From: Planctomycetes bacterium UBA1146
Lineage (GTDB): Bacteria > Planctomycetota > UBA8108 > UBA1146
Length of the DNA: 46,852 bases
Direction: 5' to 3'
Assembly: GCA_963694575.1 (NCBI GenBank)
Contig: CAVOEM010000002.1
Location: 1-46,852 of the forward strand
Part shown: piece by piece, positions 35,678-43,796 of the stretch
Layout of the letters: every line of letters begins with the position of its first letter
Numbering within the stretch: the first letter of the stretch is position 1
Notes under the pieces: model-generated
The model's input: only the letters and a program-made list of their open reading frames with translations
Database searches by the model: none
What the model was told of the DNA's origin: nothing
Position numbers and translations under genes: made by a program

Positions 35678-36852
35678 GAATCGAACTGCCAAATCCTGAT
35701 GGAGACCCGATCTGGCTCGAAGATGGATTGCTCTCCAGTGAGCCGGAGCCGGTTGCGGCAGTGCCGGTCAGGGTCGCCTATGCTGCGGCTCACATCATCT
35801 TGAAGGATGACGCCAGCCATCGATCGAGCAGTGCAGATGCCATCGAGATGGTGGACTGGGACCAGACGACGGCGTTTCGCCAACACCTGGCCTCGCATGG
35901 ATTTGGCATCGCAGAAGCGATGGACACCGCACAGCGATTTGAACTGGGTTGGCCCGCCGCACGAAGATTGATCGAGCAGTGCGGGGAACTCGATCTCGAT
36001 ACAGGCTTCATCGCCGGAGCCGGGGCAGACCAGTGCAACGAGGTGTCGGATCCCACGACGTTGATCGATGCCGTGGTCGAGCAAGTTCATATCATTCAGC
36101 AGGCCGGTGGCATTGCGATCATCTTGCCGATGCCTTGGCTCTGTCGCTGGGGGTGTGACGAGCAGCAGTATGTCTCGATCTACCGCTCCATCATCGAGCA
36201 GAGTGAGGGACCAGTACTCCTCCACTGGCTCGGCCCGATGTTCATGGCAGAACTGGCGGGCTACTTCCCTGGTGACAGCCTCGATCGGATCCTCAGCATC
36301 GATGTCGACAAGGTGCGAGGGGTCAAGATGTCGATGCTGGATCACGACCTGGAGATCGAGGTGCGCCAGCGTTGTCGTGAACGGGGGCAGATCGTGCTGA
36401 CCGGGGACGACCATCACTTCTGCGATCTCATCGCAGGGGATGGCAAGATCCCATCCCAGAGCATCGCCATCGGAGCTCGTCAGGTTCCCGATGGAGATTT
36501 TAGCCATGCCCTGCTGGGAGTACTGGATGGTGTCGCGGTTCCTGCCGGACGAGCACTGAGACATCTGGCGGCAGGAGATCTCGCTGGATATCGCCGTTGG
36601 ATGCAGCCATGTGAAGACTACGGCCAGCGAGTCTTTGAAGCACCGACCCACCTCTACAAGGCGGGCCTCGCCTTCACCGCCTGGCTCAATGGTCATCAGC
36701 ACCAACCGATGTTGCTCCATCGTATCGACCTCGAGCGCGATCTCGATCATCTGCTAGATGTGGCCCGTCTGGCCTCACGGGCCGGAGCGATCGCCGATGC
36801 CGGAATGGCGGCGGAGCGCATCGAACTCATGATGGCGGGCGTGCATCGATGA
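35674..36852 (+). CDS. DUF993-like protein (predicted aldolase/DapA-like TIM barrel), function unknown
   Basis: ORF 35575..36852, with the start set at ATG 35674 (MRIELPNPDG), which overlaps the transporter stop as ATGA. Blocks RVAYAAAHIILKDD, VDWDQTTAFRQHLASHGFGIAEAMDTAQR, LLHWLGPMF..LAGYF, SHALLGVLDG and YKAGLAFTAWLNGHQ match my recollection of the DUF993 family. Confidence 0.6.
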   Translation: MRIELPNPDGDPIWLEDGLLSSEPEPVAAVPVRVAYAAAHIILKDDASHRSSSADAIEMVDWDQTTAFRQHLASHGFGIAEAMDTAQRFELGWPAARRLIEQCGELDLDTGFIAGAGADQCNEVSDPTTLIDAVVEQVHIIQQAGGIAIILPMPWLCRWGCDEQQYVSIYRSIIEQSEGPVLLHWLGPMFMAELAGYFPGDSLDRILSIDVDKVRGVKMSMLDHDLEIEVRQRCRERGQIVLTGDDHHFCDLIAGDGKIPSQSIAIGARQVPDGDFSHALLGVLDGVAVPAGRALRHLAAGDLAGYRRWMQPCEDYGQRVFEAPTHLYKAGLAFTAWLNGHQHQPMLLHRIDLERDLDHLLDVARLASRAGAIADAGMAAERIELMMAGVHR

Positions 36853-38387
36853 GCGGCGATCGTAAGGTGAAGATTCGCCTCGATGGTGTGTGGGTCGAGG
36901 TGAAGGAAGGTGCCCAGCTCGCTGCCGCCTTGCTCGATCTGGGAGTCGTGTCGCTGAGAAGATCTCCGACAGGCGAGCGACGTGGAGCACTGTGTGCGAT
37001 GGGGAGTTGTCACGAGTGTCGTGCAGTGGTCGACGGGCACCGGGGTGTGAGAAGCTGCTTGATCCGGGTTCGAGATCGGATGCAGGTGGAAACGGAACGC
37101 GACCTGGATCGATCTCCACTGGCACCTCTGGAGATCTCAGCGGCGAAACGAGATGTAGCAGATCTGGTCGTCGTCGGTGCCGGCCCGGCAGGGTTGGCTT
37201 CAGCGATTGCTGCGGCAGAACTGGGGCTAGACGTCCTGGTGGTCGACGAATCTCCGGGTCCGGGTGGGAGGATCTGGGCTCACCACGATCGGATCCCAGC
37301 GGCGGCTCGCAACTGGATCGAGCGAGCCGAACGAGCCGGAGTTCGCAGGCTTCATGGCTACAGCATCATCGATGGAGAGCCGGGGAGGCTACAGGCGAGT
37401 TCGGTCGCCAGTGGAGAGTCGATCGAGATCGAGTGCGACACGATCGTCATCGCCACCGGAGCCAGAGAACGGTTCCTGCCATATCCTGGCTGGACCCTTC
37501 CAGGAGTGGTCGGAGCCGGAGCACTGCAATCGCTCATCAAGGGTGGATTGGATGTGAAGGGCAAGCGACTGGTGGTGGCTGGAACCGGGCCATTGCTCCT
37601 GGCGGTGGCCCAACTGGCTCGGCAGCAGCAAGCTTCGGTGCTGCTCGTCGAGCAAGCTTCCATCTTCAATCGGATTCCACTGCTTCTTGGAGTGCTGCAA
37701 TCGAAAACTCGTATTCGACAGTCGGTGGCGTTGTGGAAATCATTGCGAGATGTCGAGAAGTTGTCTTGCTCCTGGCCGGTCAAGGCAGAGGGGGATCAGC
37801 GAGTCGAGCGAGTGCATCTTCGCACCGAGAAGGGGATTCGCATCGAAGAGGTAGATGGACTGGCGGTTGGATTTGGACTGGTGCCGGAGACTCGGGTCGC
37901 GGAGGGACTCGGGTGCCGCATCCTCGATGATGGTTGCGTTGCCGTGGATCACCATCAGTGGACTGGAGTCGAGGGAGTATATTGCGCTGGAGAGCCGACC
38001 GGAATCGCCGGCTGCGATGCGGCCATCGATAGCGGCCTGGTGGCGGGGATCAGTGCAGCAGGTCGGACTCCACGGGCGTACCTGCAGACACGCGTGCGGC
38101 GCCACCGGGCGTGGGGGGCGGCGCTCGAAGCGGCGCATTCCCTGCGACCGGAACTGTTCCACCAGGGGCGTGGTGAGGTGCTGCTCTGTCGATGTGAGGA
38201 TGTGACCGCCGAGACAGCCGATCGAGCCAGTTCCATCCGGGAGGCGAGGTTATTGTGCCGCATCGGCATGGGACCTTGTCAGGGTAGGGTCTGCATGCCG
38301 ATCCTGGAGGCACTAGGGGCGGATCGAGCCGATTCGGTGCGCCCGCCGTGGTCGACCAGCCCGGGGAAAGGTCAGATCTCGCGGTGA
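36849..38387 (+). CDS. Fused HcnA-like [2Fe-2S] domain + HcnB-like FAD/NAD(P) oxidoreductase with BFD-like [2Fe-2S] domain (putative gamma-alpha fusion of a heteromeric D-hydroxyproline/opine dehydrogenase)
   Basis: ATGA overlap with the upstream gene. The N-terminus is IRLDGVWVEVKEGAQLAAALL..GALCAMGSCHECRAVVDGHRGVRSC. The FAD fold is DLVVVGAGPAGLASAIAAAELGLDVLVVDE, with a second Rossmann KRLVVAGTGPLLLAVA, then VYCAGEPTGIAG. The BFD-like domain is LLCRCEDVT..CRIGMGPCQGRVC. Confidence 0.8.
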   Translation: MSGDRKVKIRLDGVWVEVKEGAQLAAALLDLGVVSLRRSPTGERRGALCAMGSCHECRAVVDGHRGVRSCLIRVRDRMQVETERDLDRSPLAPLEISAAKRDVADLVVVGAGPAGLASAIAAAELGLDVLVVDESPGPGGRIWAHHDRIPAAARNWIERAERAGVRRLHGYSIIDGEPGRLQASSVASGESIEIECDTIVIATGARERFLPYPGWTLPGVVGAGALQSLIKGGLDVKGKRLVVAGTGPLLLAVAQLARQQQASVLLVEQASIFNRIPLLLGVLQSKTRIRQSVALWKSLRDVEKLSCSWPVKAEGDQRVERVHLRTEKGIRIEEVDGLAVGFGLVPETRVAEGLGCRILDDGCVAVDHHQWTGVEGVYCAGEPTGIAGCDAAIDSGLVAGISAAGRTPRAYLQTRVRRHRAWGAALEAAHSLRPELFHQGRGEVLLCRCEDVTAETADRASSIREARLLCRIGMGPCQGRVCMPILEALGADRADSVRPPWSTSPGKGQISR

Positions 38388-38453
38388 CCGTGGGATGTTG
38401 TCGCCTCCGGATCGGTTATCTTCTGCGGGATCACCCCAGTACGGAGCAAGACC

Positions 38454-39350
38454 TTGGACCGTGGTTCCATCTTCATCATCATCGCTCTCGCCTCTTTGGC
38501 TGTCGCCATCTCCGGCCTCGTGTCCACCGATGAGTTCACAGGAAATGCTGCAGTGGAGTCTTTGGTTGCCAAATCAGGGAGTGGGGTCGTCTCGCTGGCT
38601 CCTTGCATCACAGGAACCTTGCAGTCGATCGGTGCCGAATCAGCCATTTCCATGATCAGTGATTACTGTCCGCAAATCGTTGGAGTGGCGCGGGGAGGGA
38701 CGGCACTGGCTCCCGATCTGGAAAGAATTGTTCGGAGCGGTTCCCGAATCTTGCTGGTCAGAAGTGCCGCAGGACTGCCAAGGGATGAACTGGAAAGAGT
38801 CGGAGAGACGATCGAGTTGCCCTGGTCATCGGTGGCGCAAGTGGTTGCCAGCATCCGTGCCATCGGTGTCGTTGTGCATCGTGAATCTTCAGCGAACCAA
38901 CTTGCGGATCGATTCGAGAAACTATTGGCGGATCCAGTCGTGGCTGAGGATGCACCGCGAGTGCTACTGGTGATTGGAACCGACCTCGATGCCTCAGGAG
39001 GACCCTGGGTCATCAAACCCAACTCGATTCACGGTGCGGTACTGAAAGCCGCAGGATTTCGAAATGCCATCGAGCAGGCGATGAGCGGCACGCCGCAGAT
39101 CTCCTACGAGCGACTTCTGGCGATCGATCCTGACATCATTCTCCACCTGAATGGTGGACGAGGGGCCACTGCCGATCAGTCACTGCTCGATCATTATCGA
39201 AAGCTCTCCGGATTGAAGGCTGTGACCGGCGGTGCGGTGGGGGAAGTCTCCGGGCCGAGGATTCTCGATGAAGGACCTGAACTTCTCGACCTGGTGCAGG
39301 CGATTCGAGCAGAGGTGACTCGATTGGCGGCCGGGGGGGCACAGTGGTAG
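38454..39350 (+). CDS. Periplasmic substrate-binding protein of a type-II ABC importer (BtuF/FhuD/Peripla_BP_2-like)
   Basis: TTG start with GGAG 8 nt upstream. The N-terminal anchor is IFIIIALASLAVAISGL. VVSLAPCITGTLQSIGAESAISMISDYCPQI resembles the BtuF N-lobe signature. LAIDPDIILH is typical of the C-lobe. Confidence 0.75.
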   Translation: MDRGSIFIIIALASLAVAISGLVSTDEFTGNAAVESLVAKSGSGVVSLAPCITGTLQSIGAESAISMISDYCPQIVGVARGGTALAPDLERIVRSGSRILLVRSAAGLPRDELERVGETIELPWSSVAQVVASIRAIGVVVHRESSANQLADRFEKLLADPVVAEDAPRVLLVIGTDLDASGGPWVIKPNSIHGAVLKAAGFRNAIEQAMSGTPQISYERLLAIDPDIILHLNGGRGATADQSLLDHYRKLSGLKAVTGGAVGEVSGPRILDEGPELLDLVQAIRAEVTRLAAGGAQW

Positions 39351-40123
39351 CCCTGTTAGAACTGGAGCAGGCCACGGTCCTGGCGGGCGATATTCCGATC
39401 CTCGATCAACTGTCCCTGGAGGTGAGCGAAGGGGAGATGGTAGCGATCATCGGCCCCAACGGCTCGGGAAAGAGCACCCTGATCAAGGCACTGCTCGGGC
39501 TGGCGCCACTCGATCAAGGCACTGCTCGGATCGAAGGGCGACCACTGACGACTCTCACGGCGAGACAGCGAGCCGCATCGATGGCGTGGCTTCCCCAGGA
39601 CGGTCTTTCTGCGGAAAGATTGCGAGTTGAGGATGTGGTCGCTGCGGCCCGCTTTCGCTTCAACGAAACGCGCCAAGACTGCCTCGCTGCCGCGTATCGA
39701 GCACTCGAGGATGCGGGTGCAGATTCGCTCGCGGATCGCTGGATCAACGAACTCTCCGGCGGTGAACGACAGCGCATCGAACTGGCTTCGATGGTCGCAC
39801 AGGAATCGAAGTGCTGGCTGCTCGATGAACCGGCCAATCATCTGGATCCGGTGTGGCGTGCGCGGACGTTGAAATTCTTGTCGAGGCGTCTTGCGCAGGG
39901 CAATACCGTGCTGGTGGTGCTCCATGATGTCCATCTGCTGGGACACATCGAGGCTGCCCAGACCAGGGTGGTGGGTCTTCGCCAGGGCAAGATCGCATGG
40001 CAAGGAAGACTGTCAGATCAAGATCTCGGTAAAGGACTGGAAACGGTTCATGGCATCCCCTTCGAGCGCGCCGTTGCTGGGAACCGGGAGTACTGGATCC
40101 CTGGTGAGGAGCCACTCGAATGA
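39344..40123 (+). CDS. ABC transporter ATP-binding protein (FepC/BtuD-like)
   Basis: Walker A GPNGSGKST, signature LSGGERQR, Walker B CWLLDEP and H-loop VLHD. The GTG start overlaps the binding-protein stop by 7 nt. Confidence 0.9.
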   Translation: MVALLELEQATVLAGDIPILDQLSLEVSEGEMVAIIGPNGSGKSTLIKALLGLAPLDQGTARIEGRPLTTLTARQRAASMAWLPQDGLSAERLRVEDVVAAARFRFNETRQDCLAAAYRALEDAGADSLADRWINELSGGERQRIELASMVAQESKCWLLDEPANHLDPVWRARTLKFLSRRLAQGNTVLVVLHDVHLLGHIEAAQTRVVGLRQGKIAWQGRLSDQDLGKGLETVHGIPFERAVAGNREYWIPGEEPLE

Positions 40124-41082
40124 AGGCTCTGATACGCTGGCTTCCCTGGGTCGTGCTGGCGACCACCATCGCGGTGGCGACCGCATGGATCGGTCCCACT
40201 CTCGATGATCAGCACGGGCAGTGGATCCTGCACGAATTGCGACTCCCTCGTGCTCTCGCGGGTGCGATGGTCGGAGCGGTTCTGTCTGCAGCAGGAGCGG
40301 TGGTGCAGATCCTGCTACGCAATCCGCTGGCGACGCCAAGTACCATCGGAACCACCGCAGGAGCGACCCTCGGAGTGCTGGCAGCACTGGTGCTCGGAAG
40401 TGGAAGTACCTGGATGGGACTGCCGATTCTCCCCGCTGCGGCCTTCGCCGGAGCCTTGCTGGTGACGCTGGTCATCGCTTCGGTAGCGGCACGAGATCGT
40501 GCTCGCACTGAGGATGTATTGCTGGCAGGCATCGCCTTGACGCTGGCGACAGGCGCGATTGCGTCGGGATTACGACTGGGTATCGATCAGGTGACTTCCC
40601 TCAGCGCTCTGCGCTGGTCACTCGGCAGCCTGACCATCATCGGACCCGATCGAATTTCGATGCTGGCTCCCTTCGTGGTGATCTCGCTGGCGGGAATGTT
40701 GTGGTTGATCCGGCCCCTCGAGGTACTGATCTCCGGTATCGAGAGAGCGCGGACACGCGGGGTCGAGGTGACTCGGGTGAGGACCCTCGGGCTCGGGCTC
40801 GCATCGCTCGGAGTGGCGGCCTGCGTGGCGACCTGTGGTCCCATTGCATTTGTCGGGTTGATCTGTCCTCACCTGGTGAAGCGAATTGTGGGCTCTGCCC
40901 CGAGAACCTTGCTACCGGCCTCGATCTTGCTCGGGGCGGTGTTCTTGCCACTGTGTGATTCGATCGGCAGAGTCATCTGGGAACAACGCGAGATTCCTGT
41001 CGGGGTCATCACTGCGGCGCTGGGTGCCCCGGTGCTGTTCATGATCGTGGTTCGTCGGGGTCGAGCTCACTCGAGACGGTGA
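40120..41082 (+). CDS. ABC transporter permease, FecCD/BtuC family
   Basis: ATGA overlap with the ATPase gene. LRLPRALAGAMVGAVLSAAGAVVQILLRNPLATPSTIGTTAGATLG is the family signature. Multiple TM segments. The C-terminus is PVGVITAALGAPVLFMIV. Confidence 0.9.
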   Translation: MKALIRWLPWVVLATTIAVATAWIGPTLDDQHGQWILHELRLPRALAGAMVGAVLSAAGAVVQILLRNPLATPSTIGTTAGATLGVLAALVLGSGSTWMGLPILPAAAFAGALLVTLVIASVAARDRARTEDVLLAGIALTLATGAIASGLRLGIDQVTSLSALRWSLGSLTIIGPDRISMLAPFVVISLAGMLWLIRPLEVLISGIERARTRGVEVTRVRTLGLGLASLGVAACVATCGPIAFVGLICPHLVKRIVGSAPRTLLPASILLGAVFLPLCDSIGRVIWEQREIPVGVITAALGAPVLFMIVVRRGRAHSRR

Positions 41083-41188
41083 ATCTTCTCGGTTCCGTTG
41101 GCTGGCTGGGTCAGCACCGACCCGAGGATGGGATGGTGCGCTGGCAAGAGGGGGGGGCGCCAAGATGGTTTGTCTGCCCCGGTTCTGC

Positions 41189-41240
41189 GTGTATATGATG
41201 GAGCCAAGTGTGTTGTCGATGCACAGGTGTGTTGTAGATG
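41189..41240 (+). promoter_or_regulatory. Candidate operator: two 14-bp direct repeats GTGTGTTGT(C/A)GATG (41208-41221, 41227-41240) plus a degenerate third copy GTGTATATGATG (41189-41200), spaced about 19 bp
   Basis: Read from the sequence. The two full copies match at 13 of 14 positions. The element lies 29-80 nt upstream of the DapA-family gene, in the largest intergenic gap of the co-directional string. No binding protein is identified. Confidence 0.3.
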
Positions 41241-41268
41241 GAATTGAACCGGCATTGGAGAGAACTCG

Positions 41269-42219
41269 ATGAGTATTGAGTCGAATCGATCGATGACATG
41301 GGCAGGGGTGATGCCTGCCATCACCACACCGTTCGATGAATCGGGGCAGGTGGATTTCGCATTCCTTTCGAAACACTGTCGCTGGATGGTCGATCAAGGT
41401 GTGACCGGAATCGTCCCCTGCGGGTCCCTCGGAGAGGGCGCGACGCTCTCTTTTGAGGAGAAGGAGCGCGTCATCGATACGGTGGTTCGTGCCGCCGATG
41501 ATCGGGTGCCGGTGGTACCAGGAATCGCTGCTGCTTCGACCCAGGAGGCGGGCCGCCTGGCTGCCAGTGCCAGCGTGATGGGTGCCAGCGGATTGATGGT
41601 CTTACCACCCTACATCCACAGGGGACCATTTTTTGAGGTCGAAGCTCATATCGAGGCGGTGATCGGTGCGACCGATTTACCCTGCATGCTCTACAACAAT
41701 CCCATCGCCTATGGAGTCGATTTTGCACCGGGTTGGATTGCCGGTCTCGCAGAGCGGGCTCCCAACCTCAAGGCGGTGAAGGATTCCAGTGGTGATTCGA
41801 GGCGGATCACCGCAGTCCATTCGCTGGTCGGAGATCGACTGGCGCTGTTTGCCGGGCTCGATGACATGGTGGTGGAAGCGGTCAGGCAGGGAGCCGTGGG
41901 CTGGGTTGCCGGGCTGGTCAATGCATTGCCGATGGAGTCGGTGGTGCTGTTCGACAAGGCGGTAGCGGGAATCGATGATCCTGTCGCCGCTCGCGAAGCC
42001 GATCGCATCTACCGCTGGTTCTTGCCACTCCTGCGACTCGATTGCATTCCTGAGTTTGTCCAGTTGATCAAGTTGGTGCAGCAGGAAGTGGGAATGGGAA
42101 CTGACACGGTTCGAGCCCCCCGCTTCCCGGCGATGGGTGCTCTTCGAGAGGGTGCCCTGGACGTGATCCAGTCATCTCTGGCGACCAATCCGTTCGCGGA
42201 TGTGAAGGAGAAGCGATGA
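41269..42219 (+). CDS. DapA/DHDPS-family enzyme, probable Delta1-pyrroline-4-hydroxy-2-carboxylate deaminase
   Basis: WAGVMPAITTPFDE, GIVPCGSLGEGATLS, LPCMLYNNPIAYG, the Schiff-base Lys context LKAVKDSSGD, LFAGLDD and IYRWFLPLLRLD..FVQLIKL resemble my recollection of the Pseudomonas LhpC-type deaminase. The ATGA overlap with the KGSA-dehydrogenase-type ALDH supports the assignment. Confidence 0.8.
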   Translation: MSIESNRSMTWAGVMPAITTPFDESGQVDFAFLSKHCRWMVDQGVTGIVPCGSLGEGATLSFEEKERVIDTVVRAADDRVPVVPGIAAASTQEAGRLAASASVMGASGLMVLPPYIHRGPFFEVEAHIEAVIGATDLPCMLYNNPIAYGVDFAPGWIAGLAERAPNLKAVKDSSGDSRRITAVHSLVGDRLALFAGLDDMVVEAVRQGAVGWVAGLVNALPMESVVLFDKAVAGIDDPVAAREADRIYRWFLPLLRLDCIPEFVQLIKLVQQEVGMGTDTVRAPRFPAMGALREGALDVIQSSLATNPFADVKEKR

Positions 42220-43796
42220 GCATCGAAGGAGTACACCTGATTGCAGGGGAATCGGTCGCGGGACGGGGAACCTTCGAGGCGACCAATCCAGCGAGTGGTG
42301 AACAACTCTCGCCGCAGTTTCCCGATGCGACCAGAGATCAAGTCGATGCCGCGGTCAAGGCCGCTGTGCAGGTTCATGAATCCCGTGGAGCGGGAGATGC
42401 CGAGCAACGAGCTCGATTCCTCGACGCAGTCGCCTCTCGAATCGATGAAGCCGGAGACGCGATCACCCAGCGGGGAGTCGAGGAGACTGGGCTACCTACA
42501 GGTCGCTTCGAGGCGGAGCGGGGTCGTACCTGTAACCAGTTGCGTATGTTTGCCAGCATGCTGCGAGAAGGTCTTTTCACCGAGAGCATCATCGAGACTG
42601 CACTTCCTGATCGACAGCCGGTTCCACGACCTGATCTTCGTCGTCGGATGAGAGCCCTGGGTCCGGTCGCTGTTTTCGGTGCCAGTAACTTTCCACTCGC
42701 TTTTGGCATCGCCGGCGGAGACACCGCCAGTGCACTGGCTGCCGGTTGCCCGGTGATTGCCAAGGGGCATCCGGCACACCCGGGAACCTGTGAACTGATC
42801 GGCAAGGCGCTCCAGGAAGCGGTTCGAGATGCAGGAATGCCTGCGGGTATCTTCAGTCTGCTGCAGGGCCAGTCCTTCGATGTCGGGACTCAACTGGTCG
42901 AGCATCCTGGAATCGCAGCGGTCGCATTTACCGGCTCTCGTTCCGGTGGGATCTCGCTGTGGAAATTGGCGGCTGCCCGCGAAGTACCGATACCGGTCTT
43001 CGCAGAGATGGGAAGTGCGAACCCGGTCTTCATCCTGCCGGAGGCTCTCGCCAGTCGCAGTGATGAGATCGCCACCTCGATCGCAGCCAGTGTCCGGCTG
43101 GGAGTGGGTCAGTTTTGTACTTCTCCGGGGATCGTCGTCACCGTCGCTGGAGATCAGGGCGCAACATTCAAGGATTCACTCTCCGCATCACTGTGCAATG
43201 AGCCACCTGGAACGATGCTTCATCCGGGAATCCGCCAGGGATACCAGGGGGCGCTGGAGCAATTGGCCGCCAGCCATGGCGTTCAGGTGGTGAGCCGAGG
43301 TCCTGCGGGAACTGGCCCCTGCGACGCCGAGGCGGCGCTGTTACAGACCGATGCCAGCAGTTTCATCGGGGACAAGAGTTTACAGGGAGAGGTGTTTGGC
43401 CCCAGTACGATGCTGGTGGAGTGTTCCAGTGTGGAACAGATGTTCCAGGTGGCTCGCTCTCTCGAGGGGCAGTTGACCGCCACCGTTCACGGCACGACGG
43501 AAGAACTGCAGCGATGCACACCATTGCTGGACCTACTGGAGGATCGAGTCGGCCGGATCCTGTTCAACGGAATGCCGACTGGAGTCGAGGTGGGGGAGGC
43601 GATGCACCACGGAGGTCCATGGCCAGCGACCACCGACTCGCGCTGGACCTCGGTCGGTGCGGCATCGATACAGCGTTTTGTTCGACCGGTATGTTGGCAA
43701 GGCTTTCCAGATTCATTACTTCCTGCCGATCTACGGTCGACGGTTCAGGGTAGACGTAGAGTCGATGGAGTCTGGCAAGATCCTGGTACCCGTTGA
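42216..43796 (+). CDS. Aldehyde dehydrogenase, probable alpha-ketoglutarate semialdehyde (2,5-dioxovalerate) dehydrogenase
   Basis: 526 aa. Motifs VIAKGHPAHPGT, FAEMGSANPVFI, GVGQFCTSPGIVV (catalytic Cys) and GEVFGPS fit the long KGSADH-type ALDH subgroup. It is coupled to the DapA-family gene. Confidence 0.8.
   Translation: MSIEGVHLIAGESVAGRGTFEATNPASGEQLSPQFPDATRDQVDAAVKAAVQVHESRGAGDAEQRARFLDAVASRIDEAGDAITQRGVEETGLPTGRFEAERGRTCNQLRMFASMLREGLFTESIIETALPDRQPVPRPDLRRRMRALGPVAVFGASNFPLAFGIAGGDTASALAAGCPVIAKGHPAHPGTCELIGKALQEAVRDAGMPAGIFSLLQGQSFDVGTQLVEHPGIAAVAFTGSRSGGISLWKLAAAREVPIPVFAEMGSANPVFILPEALASRSDEIATSIAASVRLGVGQFCTSPGIVVTVAGDQGATFKDSLSASLCNEPPGTMLHPGIRQGYQGALEQLAASHGVQVVSRGPAGTGPCDAEAALLQTDASSFIGDKSLQGEVFGPSTMLVECSSVEQMFQVARSLEGQLTATVHGTTEELQRCTPLLDLLEDRVGRILFNGMPTGVEVGEAMHHGGPWPATTDSRWTSVGAASIQRFVRPVCWQGFPDSLLPADLRSTVQGRRRVDGVWQDPGTR

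Noticed and set aside
35497-36750. 417-aa minus-strand ORF opposite the DUF993-like gene
   Set aside because: The + strand frame has ATGA overlaps with both neighbours and DUF993-like conserved blocks. The minus-strand product is His/Arg/Cys-rich and has no recognisable motifs.
36890-37930. 346-aa + strand ORF overlapping the HcnA/HcnB-like gene out of frame
   Set aside because: Its translation is Arg/Gly/Ser-rich (GRGEGRCPARCRLARSGSR...). The in-frame alternative carries clear Rossmann and Fe-S motifs.
41150-41157. G8 homopolymer in the intergenic region upstream of the DapA-family gene (and a C7 run at 5206-5212)
   Set aside because: These could be slippage-prone, but there is no evidence of phase variation from one sequence. 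They are more likely neutral, or sequencing-error hot spots.
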